Positions 25,700 through 37,943 are shown, counted from the first letter of the whole stretch. The stretch is 63,760 nt of DNA, filler included, from Octopus bimaculoides (GCF_001194135.2; 8 parts of 7 records of this genome joined end to end with filler, not necessarily neighbours in it); one strand, 5' to 3'. Numbers and translations are program-made. The notes: generated by a model not told the origin, from the letters alone.

Positions 25700-26200
25700 T
25701 CATTTTCTACAATGCTCTTTCATCTATCAGATAGACTTGCAAGGCCCTTCTTCCAAAATTCAATTGTCTGTGACAAAAAATATTCCTCCAGTACTGTTCT
25801 GACCTCATCTACAGAATTCATATTTTTTCCGTCCAAATGATTTTGAAGACTGCGGAATAAATGATAATCAGATGTGGCAATGTCCAGCGAATATGGTGGG
25901 TGGGGCATCGTTTCCCATTCAAACTGCTCCAGCCTTTGGAATGTCAGCCTCGCCATATGTGGCCGAGCATTATCCTGTGGTCTACCTCAAAGTCCTGTTA
26001 TGGTTATACAGTGTGACTTACATCATAATTCAAATCACATATCTCAGATGGCAAAACTACTCCCATCTTATTTACATTGTATCCAGAAAAAAAGCCCCAT
26101 TCAAACTTTCTTTCGACCTAATAATGTTTTCCTTTCAGTTACATCTACAATGATCTTTCCTCTGTCAGCTGTGCATCATCTCCATTAAAGCTCACTCTAC
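25700..26200 (-). mobile_element. Mariner transposase relic (catalytic C-terminus)
   Basis: QDNARPH in one frame, then LEQFEWETMPHPPYSLDIATSDYHLFRSLQNHLDGK (YSPDLAPSD motif). Confidence 0.9.
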
Positions 26201-27044
26201 CTACTACTCTTCCCTCACTGTATCTGAGTCCTAAACTCTACACTATGCCAACCCCTTCCCATCTTCTACAGAAGTTCACTAGTCCCAAGTTAACAAAATA
26301 ACATCTATACAGTTGATTGATCTGCTAGAATTAGCAACTAAATCTCTCTCAAAATTATAACCAGCTTTCTTTAAATAAAAAGGAATGATGCACTGAATAA
26401 TGTTGTTTTGGATTTGTTATGCTTGACTCAAAGATGGAATGGTCATAAGTCGAACACTTTTTATCATAAATCTGCTCAACTGGGACTGACCTGGGATTAA
26501 ACAACTTCACCAAACTGGACAGCCTGCAAAAGCCATGACACCACCTACCTCTTCTTCCTCCTCCACCATATTACAATATCATAACTATAATTAATTGCAA
26601 TTAAAAAAAAAACAGTTGATGAGTTAGTATTCATTAGTTGTAATTAATGAATGATCTCTTGCCTTAAAATGTGTCTCCCTCCTTCCTACAAAAGTCACAG
26701 AACTTGTAAGGAGTTCAATCTTAGTTCTGTAGATATATATCACTCAACCGATCTGTTGAAAGTTCCCAGTTTTCCACTTTCAATGAGCTAAAGTAAAACA
26801 GTCCAATGAATACAGTACTAGACTACAAGCTGACAGCTCTTGAGCTCAAATATACTGCAGATGTATTTAAACAGCATGCTTAAACCTACAGTGCTTCAGT
26901 TTAGCTCTGTGCTACATCAGGGAAAGTTAATCATGATNNNNNNNNNNTGGTATCTTAACCAAGAGGAGATCTATTTCTCATGACAGCAGAGATTAATACA
27001 AACCGTATATCTTGGGATGATGAAGACTAACCAGAAGTAAGTAC

Positions 27045-27230
27045 ATCTTCATCCTCATTTAGCATCCATTTTCCATGCTAGCATGGGTTGGATGGTTTGA
27101 CTGGAACTGGTAAGCATGACAGCTGCACCAAGCTCCAATCTCATTTGGCTTTGTTTCTACAGCTAGATGTCTTTCCTAATGCCAACCACGCCACAGAGTG
27201 TAGTGGGCGCCTTTTATGTGTCACCTATAT
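27045..27230 (-). mobile_element. RTE-type LINE 3' end
   Basis: Reverse complement matches the 3' terminal sequence at 35650-35800 (...CCAACCCATG..AGCATGGAAAATGGATG.TAAATGAGGATGA). Confidence 0.7.
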
Positions 27231-27396
27231 ACAACTATATAAATATCTTGGGTTATAAAGACATCTTGTTAAAATAAAAACGACTTGTTACTTGGTTTGT
27301 GAATGTCATTTGGACATGAGAAGAAAGCTTGGCATATTAGGCAGGAGGTCATCCAATCTGTGAGTCAGGGCAAAAATAGATGAAGGAACTCCTTAC

Positions 27397-27883
27397 CTGG
27401 AATATGTTGATCAGGAATCTGTTCGAGGTTCTGGTCAATAAATTGAAGGATGTTTATAAAAGCAGGATCTTTCCTAATAGGACCTAAATAAAGGTCAGAT
27501 TTATTGTTGAGAAGCAGTTGCATCATAGCAATTGGTTGATTATGGTAGTGAAGCCAGGGAACTGTGTGAAGTTCAGAATAAATCTGCTTCGGTAGGACTT
27601 TAAGAGTTTCATGCAAAGCATCAAAATTATTGTCTTGAATAAGAGACCTAGTTTCTTCCAATATCTGTACAGAAGATGGCCCCTCACCTGGTACTACCAC
27701 CTGCTTGTATTGTCCATTATAACAGACACTGGTAAGGAACTGAGATGAACATGAAAATGGCAACCTTTTTGCTGTAGTTCTGGTGTAAACATGATAGAGT
27801 TGGAGAGAAGTTGTCCATTTATAAACAGTTTTTAACTGGTGTATACACTGAATGTGATGTCTGAGAGTCAGTGTGGGAATCAT
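27397..27883 (-). CDS. First coding exon (162 codons + 1 nt) of an unidentified, probably mitochondrion-targeted protein; the exon spans 27397-27939 including 5' UTR
   Basis: Strong acceptor TTTTGTTTTTCTTGTCTTCTTCCAG|G at 27939; in-frame stops upstream of ATG 27883; the first ~58 aa contain no D/E and are R/K/S/T/L-rich; globular remainder; donor CCAG|GTAAGG at 27397/27396. Confidence 0.8.
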
Positions 27884-28009
27884 ATTTGGGGTTGAGATGA
27901 AGATTATATTTCAGTGCAGCACATTTCATTGTGTAATACCTGGAAGAAGACAAGAAAAACAAAATAACAGAATTAATGGAAGAACATTAAAAGAAACAGT
28001 GGGGAAAAA

Positions 28010-28490
28010 TTCAAAAACACGAAAGACTGAGTTGAACTGCTCAAGGTATAGTGACAATTTCACCATTCTTGAGTTATCAAATCATTGTCTCCAAAGAAGG
28101 TGGAAGTCAGAGGACACCAGATCTGAGCATTTTGCTGACTGTCTAAATTGTTGTCAAGGATGTGTGAGGTCATGCATTGTTATGATGAATATGGATTGTT
28201 TTCAGGTTCTTGTTTGGTCTCTTTCTTTTGATGGCATCACTAAGGCTTTTTGAGTGTTCACAATACAGTCACATTCCAGAAAATCAAAGAGAACGACACC
28301 CTTGTTATCCCCCAAAATTGTCACCATGACTTCCTGTGTCAATTTATGGCTCTTATACTTCTTGAGCTTTGGAGTAGACATCATCCCATAGACTGGGCCT
28401 TGATTTCCACATCATAAAAATATGCCCATGTTTCCTCCTCTGTCACCAGGCTGAAAAAGGAGTGTCTTCATTGGCTTCAAACTCTTGACC
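28010..28490 (-). mobile_element. Mariner transposase relic
   Basis: VMVTILGDNKGVVLFDFLE (KVM.TVFWD.KGV motif) and ...SDFHL; many indels. Confidence 0.8.
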
Positions 28491-28554
28491 AAACAGGTCT
28501 CCAGTGGCACTTGCTTGCAGCTTTCATGCAATGTCAAAGCAAGGGAATAGACAC

Positions 28555-28920
28555 ACATATGACAGGATTAGATTATGGACCCCAATACTTGATTGGCTTT
28601 TTTTGTATTTTATTGATTCCCAAAAAGATAAAAGGCAAAGTCAACCTCTTTGGGTTTTAACTCAGAAAATAAAGAGAGGAAAGATATACGACAAGAGAAA
28701 GATTTATAAGTGTGATTTGAAGCTGTTTTGGTCTGTATGTCTTCCAGGTCAATGATACAGTGCCATGTCACTGTACTAAGTACTTTAGGCAGCAAATTAG
28801 CAGAATCATCTGAATGTAGGACGAAATATTTTGAGGTATTTGTTCTGGTGAGTTCAGATCCAGCTGGGATTAACTTTGGTTTTTATCTTTTTAGAGGTCA
28901 ATAAAATGAGGAACCAGTCC
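28555..28920. mobile_element. Two degenerate SINE family A fragments (28555-28680 minus; 28790-28920 plus)
   Basis: AAAGGCAAAGTCAACCTC and GAGTTCAGATCCAGCTGGGATTAACTTTGG are CpG-eroded versions of the family A core. Confidence 0.65.
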
Positions 28921-30068
28921 AGGGCAGTGCACTGATAGAACTGTTAGTGTCAATCACGATACTTTGTAGTAGTTGTTCTGGCCTTTTGTACTCTGAGTCC
29001 TTGGGTGGTAGATTTAATCCCTCACCCGGTTTTATGCCAGTGTAGCGTCACTACACCACCATCAGGTCCTTGGTTGTTTAGCGGGTCCTATTACATATAT
29101 TTGGACCATATCTCTAGTTTGAGAATCACTTATTTCCTTCTTTACTTCTACCAGTCTCGAAGACCTTGAAAAATAAAGACGGATCAAGGGTGCTGTTCTT
29201 GTCTCCATAACTAAATGACAAAAATAAATACTAATTGTATTGTTTCTTAGGCAGGTAGGAAGCCAGATTAATTAAGGGGAGAAAATTTTGAAAGTTTTTC
29301 CCAAGGGGTTCGTAGCATAACAGTAGTTTCGGTTAGGCTTGCTGCATTTACCAGAAGTTACCTCTCATCTAATAGTCCCAACAAATTAACATAAGTTTGT
29401 GTGCGTGTGCATGTGCGCGTATATATGTATAAATATAAATATGGTGCACGCGTGCAAGAACACACACTCACATGCATACGTTCCAACCATGACCATCCCA
29501 TCTTTTCATTAAGACATAGCATATCTAAGGCTACTTTCGCAGGCTTCGAAAAGCTATCTACCTCATTTCCGCGAATACAAAAACAAAATTACACATTTAA
29601 TTAGTATAATTATAATTTATCACTTTATCTTACAGTACACTCCGTTACGAAAATGCCTGTAGTTATGAAAAAAACATTCTGCCGAGAAATAGAAACAGGG
29701 AACTTTTTAAGAATGAATTATCTTCGAAACTTTAAATCCTTCGGCACATGTTTGACCTTCCAAAAGTAAAATCGAGAAGTTATATAATAATCACGTTTGT
29801 CTTCCTTCTTTTTATACATATTTATCAATATATTTAACGGGTAAACAGACACCTTGACAACAGAAGACAGAAATTGTTAAAGAATTAATTCTGCAAGGAA
29901 TTTTTCGATATATTTACCTAAACAGCAAATAAACATCCGACACACTCTGCCATGACGCTGATAAGCAGATTATTTCCCTTGAGATGATTGGAGTTATGTC
30001 CCTTACACCCATAACAACTTATCTCTTGAAATTGCGTAAAGGATGGAATCTCTTACGTTGTTAGATAA

Positions 30069-32945
30069 CACTAGTCAACGCGATTTTTGGTGCCAAGAAA
30101 CAAAACACGTTTTTTTAGTTAATTTCGTGGTACTGATTCCGAAAATGACCTTAGCTTTTCATGGTTAGCTACGTTTTTGCTGTACTGAAATTGCTCATTT
30201 TTTAGAAAAAAGATCAATTTACGATCTTGGCTGATCGCAAAATTTAGTTAAAAAAGGTAGGAGGAACCCATGAATTTTCAGGTAGGCCGAGCAATTTATG
30301 TCAGCCACCTGAAATAAACTATTTTTATAAGAAAAAAGTGTTTTTGAGTCAAAACTTTTAAAATAGAAGTACTGAATTTTCCCAATTTATTGCCAAAATT
30401 CAAATTAACTGATAAACTTTATCAGTAATACACTTTAGTAAACCTGATAATTAAGGTGACATCACAAAAATGAAACCCTAAAATCTGTTTGATATTCATA
30501 AATTTATCCCATCACTTTTATCCCTTCAATACGGAAGGAAACCAAGCACATTAAGAGCTTTCACAGATGTAAAAAAACTCCAACTAAAGACATCCCAATT
30601 CAATGTATCTATTCTATTGTACATGATGAACATCATGAAAATGGATTCACCATAAAATCTGTCCTCCACGTGGGATTACGAAGATACGAAGTAGAATCAG
30701 TGTAACGACTCTTTCTGTCTTTTGTTATTGACAGTTTTATGAGTCTTTCTGTAGGACATTAGGAAAGATCAAATTACCTAAATGTGAACATGTAAAGTGT
30801 AATGTAAATACTCAACCAACTCATGTTCTTTTCTGATAATAGAGGTTGATATCAAATGACATGGCTTCAACGAGAGGATGCAAAAATGATCCCAACTTAT
30901 TTTGCTATACATGCGGTGAGTTTACACCAAAAGCCAACAGAAGACCAGTATTTGACTTTTACAAGAAAGCCTATCATGCTGACTTTCACGTCGAGCTTGG
31001 TGATCAGGACAAATCATGGGCCCCTCACATTGTTTGCAAGACATGTTTGGAACACATGAGACAGTGGACTTAGGTACCAGAAAATCGCTGTGATTCACTA
31101 TTCCTATGATCTGGCGTGAGCCAAAGAACCACTCTGACAAATGTTACTTCTGCTCAATCAGTGTTGCGAGAATGAACCAAATAAAACGCAGATCTATCAA
31201 CTATCCCAGTCTTCATTCCGCTATTCTACCAGTGCCGCATTCAGATGATTTGCCAATCCCAGTTTATTATGAAAATTTGTTGAAACTTGTTGAATGTGAC
31301 GAGTCTGATACTGATGTAAATGAGAGACAACAAAAACGATTCTGACTATGTTCCCAAAACCGTGCCAGAGCTGTTTAACTAAAATGAGCTGAGTGATTTG
31401 GTTCAAGACTTAAATCTAAGCAAAGAATCAGCAGAACTTTTGGCCTCTAGGCTCAATATAAAATCCCTGTTCACAAAAGGTACAAAGGTATCATTCTATC
31501 GAAATAGGGATGCTGAATTTATACTATTCTTTAATGAGAACACAGATCTGGTTCATTGCAATGACGTTGAGAGCATTCTTCTTCGACTAGGCATCCACAG
31601 ATATGATTCTGATGAATGAAAATTGTTCATTGATTGTTCAAAATGTAGTTTGAAATGTGTTTTGCTCCATAATACCAACATATATGCACCAATACCTATA
31701 GGTCATTCAACAACACTTAAAGGAAAACATGGTGCCATCAGACAGGTTATGGAACAGATTGACAACACCAAACATAAATGGGTGTTATGTGTCGATTTGA
31801 AAATGGTAAATTTCCTGCTTGGTCAACAAAGTGGCTGCACAAAATTCCCATGTTTTTTGTGTATGTGGAACAGTAGAGCAAAAGAGGAGCACTGGAAAAG
31901 GAAAGATTGGCCACCTCGAGAGTTGAAGGTCAGTGAAAAGGACGTTATTAGTAGAGCACTGGTTCCGAAAGAAAAAATCATCTTTCCTCCCTTGCATATC
32001 AAATTGGGATTAATGAAACAGTATGTAAAATCACTTGACAAAGAAAGTAATTGTTTTGAGTATATATGTAAATCGTTTCCAGGACTTAACACCAAAAACT
32101 CAGAGCAGGAGTGTTTGATGGTCTTGATGTCAGGAAACTCATTAAGGATGATGAATTTGTTAATTCAATAAATGACTTGGAATTACACGCTTGGACATTG
32201 TTTGTTGACGTGGTGAAAAGCTCTTAGGCTATCGCCGTCCGAAAACTACAAGGAGTAAGTGGAAAACTGTTGAAAAGTCTACAGGACATAGGCGCTGATA
32301 TGAGTATTAAGGTTCGTTTTTTTTACATAGCTATCTAGATAAATTTCTGGATAATTGCAGTGATGTGAGTGATGAGCAAGGAGAATGATTCCATCAGGAT
32401 ATCAAAACAATGGAAGAGTGCTACCAGGGACGGTGGGACAAACAAATGATGGCTGACTACTGCTGGAGTATCAAAAGGGACTTAAATAACATTGAACATG
32501 ACAGACAATCAAGAAAGAGAAAATGTTTACCATAGTTCTTATGTTTACGAAGGTTTTATTTCTGCTGTTAGTTTATTTAATGATTTGATGAAAATACTTA
32601 TTGGTCTTGGTATATTGAATCATGTTATTTTTAAAGACTTAGGGTCTGATTGATATTGCAAAAATAGTATTTCTCAATAAGCAGACCAATATTTGTTGGT
32701 TTAAAAACAAATTGAGAGGTTTCTATGATTTTACTTTGAGAAATATTGCCATTGATCAATATCAAATATACAGAAAACAAATGAAAAAAATGCCCCCCCC
32801 CCCCAATGAAGCATTTCTGTACAGCAAAATCAGTAGTGAACCAAGAAAAAGTAAGGTCATTTTCAGATTCAGCACCCTCAAATTAGCTAAAAAAGATATT
32901 TGTTGTCTCGACACCATTTCAAAAAATTTTTTTTGTTGACCAGTG
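30069..32945 (+). mobile_element. Full-length Chapaev3 (CMC superfamily) DNA transposon
   Basis: Ends CACTAGTCAAC... / ...GTTGACCAGTG with ~100-bp imperfect TIRs; TAA on both flanks (30066-68 and 32946-48) as the 3-bp TSD; transposase motifs inside. Confidence 0.9.
30861..32535 (+). pseudogene. Chapaev3 transposase pseudogene
   Basis: CKNDPNLFCYTCGEF, LGDQDKSWAPHIVCKTC, WREPKNHSDKCYFC, FIDCSKCSLKCVLLHN, PPLHIKLGLMKQYVK, VSDEQGE*FHQDIKTMEE.YQGRW...MMADYCW; several stops and frameshifts. Confidence 0.92.
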
Positions 32946-33100
32946 TAATCTATTAAAAAAAGCACCCAAATCTCTCTCAGATCATGTCCTGCCCTCTTAA
33001 ATAGTTTTATATACTCCTGATGACTGTCTCGCTCATAGTGGACCTAGTGGTAGTAGCGAGTGGGCGACTAATTTAGGAGCATATACATGCTATCTGGGGT

Positions 33101-33774
33101 GCGAAATTTTTTTCCCACGAGAGTTTTGGACCCCAGTAATGAACTCACTTGCATACAGCCAATCAGAGCTCACCTTGAAAATCCACATACTGTGTACTGC
33201 TACAGTACAGCCACTCAGGCATAGAACGGTGTATGCCTCTCTATGAGTACAGCATAGCAAGTCTCACATAAGCACCACATTCCCTTCCCTCCACTATCCT
33301 CATAGATCAATTGAGCATCATCTCTATATGGAGCTAACATTAGGTGCCTATGCTCAGACTAAGATTAGTGGTACTGCATGTACCCATTGATATATGCAAG
33401 GAGGGCACAGTACAACACAGCCTCATATTGATTATGATATTTCCAGATCAATACCAACATTTTAAGTTAGGAATGTACAAAATCAGTCAAAAAATTAGGA
33501 AACTACACTCATTTACATTTTCTAGTAAATTACGCAAATTGGCAACACTTATGGTATCATTGGTGAGCAGCTTCTCCATTCAGTTTATACACTAAATTTC
33601 ACATTTGTCACCCCTATTAACCCATTTCGAACAGTTAAATTTTGCTATAATGCACATTTTCCACTGAACTCAACCAGAGTATTTTCGTGATTAGATGGGC
33701 ACTAGTTTGATAGTTGAGCTCTGATTGGCTCTATGCAAATGAGTTCATAACTGGGTGGGAAAAAATAATTTTGC
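33101..33774. mobile_element. MITE-like element with inverted 41-bp cores containing CCAAT and octamer motifs
   Basis: 33132-33172 versus rc of 33715-33755: 3 mismatches in 41 bp; outer inverted segments at 33101-33118 and 33755-33774. Confidence 0.75.
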
Positions 33775-34129
33775 ATCTGGGGCAGTCCTTGAATTTGTGT
33801 GTCTCCCTCCCCACTTATGAACCTCCAAGCCTATACAAACTTATACTGTAGACCCATAAGTGTTGCCTCCATAAAAGTGTTGCCAGGGGCTGGATTGACC
33901 TCCTCGACCTTTTCTCTATCCAAGTCACTTGGCTAATCACGATTACCACCACCACGACGACCATTTACATTCTTGTCCTTGGAGGACAGTAATTCTCCTC
34001 TTCCCTGCTCTATCGTCTTCCTCATGCACAAATCATCCCATCTTTAAGGTGATTCAGTTAATAAAATCAGTTTACATATTTCTTTTGCATTCCCTTTTTT
34101 GTAATTGTCATTTTACTTGTAATTACACC

Positions 34130-34256
34130 TTTTCTGTTTCAAAAACCCATAAAAAATTACTTTTGGGTGATTTTTGGGAGCTGGAACAGATTAATTATAT
34201 TTCAGTTAATTGCAATGGGGAAAACTGATTTGCAAAACTAGTAAATCGTAAAACGA
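34130..34256. mobile_element. Tigger/pogo-like MITE fragment
   Basis: GAACAGATTAATTATATTTCAGTTAATTGCAATGGGGAAA resembles common Tigger-MITE subterminal sequence (recall). Confidence 0.4.
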
Positions 34257-34276
34257 GCTTGGTCATGGAATAAATT

Positions 34277-34460
34277 NNNNNNNNNNTTCATAACCTGATC
34301 TAACAGCTTGATGCCTCTGTAATTATTTGTATCTAAAGCGTCCCCTTTACCTTTGTAGCAGTTGACTATGATGCTGCTACACCAGTCATAGGGTATGACT
34401 CCTTCGTGTATCACCTGGTTCGTAATACGGGTGACTAGGCTATAGCCAACACTGCCAGAT
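34277..34460 (-). mobile_element. RTE-clade LINE reverse transcriptase fragment
   Basis: EGVIPYDWCSSIIVNCYKGKGDALDTNNYRGIKLLDQVM is the conserved P.DW...I...YK.KGD....NYRGI.LL RT N-terminal block. Confidence 0.9.
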
Positions 34461-34689
34461 ATTATATACACACACACATATATATATATATATATACACA
34501 CACACATATATAAAAACAGTATGATGAGCAGTTCACAAGGCTGCAGCTTTCATAGATATGAAACCATTGGTCACTCTATGACCAGAATTTAACCTTTTGT
34601 TTAAATACTTATTGCTCTATTCTTTAGAGTGTGCTTCTGTTACTGATATATGTTTTATTGACAATTTATATATACAACAGGATTCGTTA

Positions 34690-34832
34690 AATTTCCATCT
34701 ACCAAATCCATTCACAAGGCTTTGGTCAGCCCAAGGCTATAGTAGAATACACTTGTCCAAAGTGCTATGCAGTGAGATTGAACCTGGGACCATGTAGTTG
34801 GGAAGCAAGCTTCTTATCACACAGCCATGCCT
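34690..34832 (-). mobile_element. SINE family C head
   Basis: Matches the reverse complement of 50330-50480 (GGCATGGCTGTGTGATAAGAAGCTTGCTTCCCAAC...). Confidence 0.8.
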
Positions 34833-35189
34833 AGATACATAACAGATATGTAATAGGTATTTAACAGTCTAATTAAACATATAATGATGCTTGGTGTGAG
34901 AAAATAGATATAGACACCATTATAGGCTACTGATTAGTTATAATTACTTGTAAAATATGATCAGTTTGTAGTTCTATGAAGAGAAATAAGTTTTGGGAAT
35001 TCTGACCTTTCTTCTGAGAAATTAGTGATAATGCTTTGCCCATCTGAGAAAACTTGCCTGATTCCAAACAAGAAGTTTAACTTTTTTTTTGTACCACCAT
35101 TGATTTCTTAGATTTTGGTTTATTTCCCTCTTGTTTGTCAATTCTTATAACTCTTGACATGTGTGTGTGTGTGTATATATATCTATTAA

Positions 35190-35510
35190 TATATAGAGAA
35201 AAAGGGTAAAGACCCACTTCAGTCACAAATGATCATAGGATTACACCTAGAAAGTTTCCCTTCTGAGTAAGGTTGTTATGTAGAAAACCAGCAGTCACCC
35301 ATGCAAAACAGTCTCCCCTCTTCACACTATCGATGTTGTTCAAGGGAAAGGCAAAGGCCAATACAGCTTGACACCAATGATGTCACAACTCATTTCTACA
35401 GCTGAGTGAACAGGAGCAATGTGAAATAAAGTGTCTCGCCCAAGAACACAACACATAGCTTGGTTCGGTAATTGAACTCACAATTATAAGCCTGACAGTC
35501 TAATCACTGA
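35190..35510 (-). mobile_element. Degenerate SINE (distinct family)
   Basis: Minus strand has a B-box-like GAGTTCAATTACC followed by GTGTTCTTGGGCGAGACACTTTATTTCAC, the typical post-tRNA segment of CORE/V-like SINEs. Confidence 0.6.
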
Positions 35511-35534
35511 GCCCCCTTATGGAGGCAGTGACAA

Positions 35535-35802
35535 AGGACCAAGACCTTTCGCAATGTGCTGTACTTGAGATCTGTCAAGCCAAATGAGTTCATACTCATG
35601 GCCAATGCCGGTATTACGTAATTGGCACCTGTGCTAGTGACAGCTAAAAAGCACCCACTACACTCTTGGAAGGGCATCCAGCTGTAGAAACCATGCCAAA
35701 TCAGACTGGAACCTGGTGCAGCGCCTCAGCTTACCAGTTTTCAGTCAAACTGTCCAACCCATGTCAACAAGGAAAACGGACATGAAATGATGACGATGAT
35801 GA
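35535..35802 (+). mobile_element. RTE-type LINE 3' end with (GAT)n tail
   Basis: GGAAGGGCATCCAGCTGTAGAAACC...GTCAAACTGTCCAACCCATG...GGAAAACGGACATGAAATGATGACGATGATGA. Confidence 0.75.
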
Positions 35803-35808
35803 TATATA

Positions 35809-35842
<34 letters not shown>

Positions 35843-36219
35843 CTAGACTACCTGTGACCCATTGGGTCACCAGTAGTTCAGGGAACCCCAAAAGCCATGT
35901 ATCTTGGTAATCTGTGGTCTGATTTATGTAAAACTTGGTTTGTTCCATTTGTACTCATGTGAGCACCCGATTCATGATGTCTCCTGCTTTTGTCTCTTTC
36001 CCTCTATTTCATCAGATGCTCAGCTCTCCAAGCGTCCAATTCCTGATCTCTCCTGCTTCTATTTCTTTTTCTCTATTCCGTTGGACGCTCATCCCTTGCT
36101 TTATCAATCTCATTGATCCTTCAATTCACATGCCTGTCCTGATCCGGGGTAAATATTACATACAGGACCTGTTTGTACTTCGGTGTGAAATTACTGCAAT
36201 GCCTGTAAAAACACTGGAT

Positions 36220-36553
36220 TAGCCAATGAAAAATGCAGATGCATATTAACAATATTCTTAACAATTAAACCTAGAAAAGTAGAAGACAAGAAAAACTCAT
36301 TAGAATTAGAGCTTAAAATATTGCTGCTAAAATTAAAACTTAGTACAAAAAATAAATTAAAATAAAAAAGGAAAAGTGAAATTCACTGAATTTAAAAAGA
36401 AATATGAAAAAGTACCTAAGAGGTACTTTTTAATTTTAAGTTTAGCAGCAATATTTTAAGCTCTAATTTTAACGAGATTTTTCTTGTCCTCTTCTTTTCC
36501 AGGTTTAATTGTTAAGAATATTGTTAGTTTGCATCTGCATTTTTCATTGGCTA
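36220..36553. repeat. Foldback: ~125-bp imperfect inverted arms around an ~85-bp A-rich spacer
   Basis: TAGCCAATGAAAAATGCAGATGCA..AACAATATTCTTAACAATTAAACCT at 36220 is mirrored by AGGTTTAATTGTTAAGAATATTGTT..TGCATCTGCATTTTTCATTGGCTA ending at 36553. Confidence 0.85.
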
Positions 36554-36734
36554 GTAGATATATTATTCTATATCATTCATAATGTGTTGCTGGCACTTCA
36601 AGATTCTCCTCTCTTGATTTACTCAATCAAACTGGTTGAACACATAACTTTAATACTCCAGTGCCCACAATATCTTAAACGGTTGTTGTTTATAACTTTA
36701 TAACTGACTGATATTATAACTGACTAATATTAAA

Positions 36735-36925
36735 ACTTACAAAGCTGGCAGAATTGTTAGTGTTTTATCTGTCTTTACATTTTGAGTTCAAATTTCACTG
36801 AGGTTGACTTTGCCTTTCATCCCTGTGGGATTGATAAAACAAGTATTAGTTGTGTCCTAGGGTTGATGTAATCAACTTCCCTCCTCCCTTGAAATTGCTA
36901 GCCTTGTGCCAAAATTTAAAATCAA
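36735..36925 (+). mobile_element. SINE family A, CpG-eroded copy
   Basis: GAGTTCAAATTTCACTGAGGTTGACTTTGCCTTTCATCC versus GAGTTCAAATTCCGCCGAGGTCGACTTTGCC at 8779. Confidence 0.85.
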
Positions 36926-36938
36926 TATTAACATTTAC

Positions 36939-37005
<67 letters not shown>

Positions 37006-37037
37006 CTTGTTTTTGTGATGCAAACTTTGAGAGTTTA

Positions 37038-37943
37038 TTTGGTTGTCAGATAAATTCATTCATTTCTTTCTGATGTTATTTGAATTAATGCAAAACATAA
37101 TTTTATTTTGTTGTGTTTTATGGGTTTTTGTAGTTCTATTCTTTCTCTACAACTTTTGTTCATCATTTTTGAAATTCAAATAAATTTTACCTGTTTTCAG
37201 ACTTTAGACAATGGAGTGTCAAGTTGAAACAAAAATCAGAAATTTCACACCTGCTTCTCTCTGCTTTCAGTCAAGCTTCCAAAGCTGTCAAAGCCACTTG
37301 AACCATTTACACTGTGAATCAAGAAGGGACTGTTACTGAAATTTCTGCATAGAAATGGTTTTCATGCTTCAAGGAGAAGAAATTTAACCTCACGGACTCT
37401 ACATCCCAGCCAACCTGTTCAGTTCAATGAGGATCAATTAAATGAGGTCATTTACAAGGTTATGCACCAATCTAGTAGGAAATTGGCTCTGCAGATGGAA
37501 TGCTTTCCTGATACTATTGTCTGTCTCCTTCACTTGATGGGTAAAGTCCAAATGACTTGACTGGTGACACAGCATGCTTCTTCAATGCAATAACACTAGG
37601 CCCTATGTTGCTAATTTAGCCAAAAATGCTATTCAAGAGTTTGGATGGGAAGTTCTACTGCACACAGCATATTCTTCTCTTATAGTACGTCAGTTTTTCA
37701 CCTTTATTGGTTACTCTCAAACAATCTACAATGTATTTTGTTCAATGACATGGAGCTAAAAAAAGTGTAGTTCAATGAATTCTTTGTGTCAAGACCTGGT
37801 GATTTCAAGGTATTGACAAGTTAATGGAATGTTGATAAGAAGTCAGGAAAGTGAGGGATAGTATATTATTAAAATTATTGATGAAAAATAAGGATTAAAA
37901 TAAATGGAAAAATATTAATTAATGAATTTATCTGACAACCCAG
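37038..37943 (+). mobile_element. Internally deleted mariner with TIRs and TA TSD
   Basis: TTTGGTTGTCAGATAAATTCATT / rc CTGGGTTGTCAGATAAATTCATT, flanked by TA on both sides; decayed HTH region and CNNTRPY (DNARPH-like) motif. Confidence 0.9.

Noticed and set aside
29026-29087. DPLNNQGPDGGVVTLHWHKTG, similar to the ABHD 'DGG.V.LDW' motif, with a GTGAG donor
   Set aside because: The acceptor lacks a pyrimidine tract, no other ABHD exons were found, and it lies upstream of the inferred start codon.
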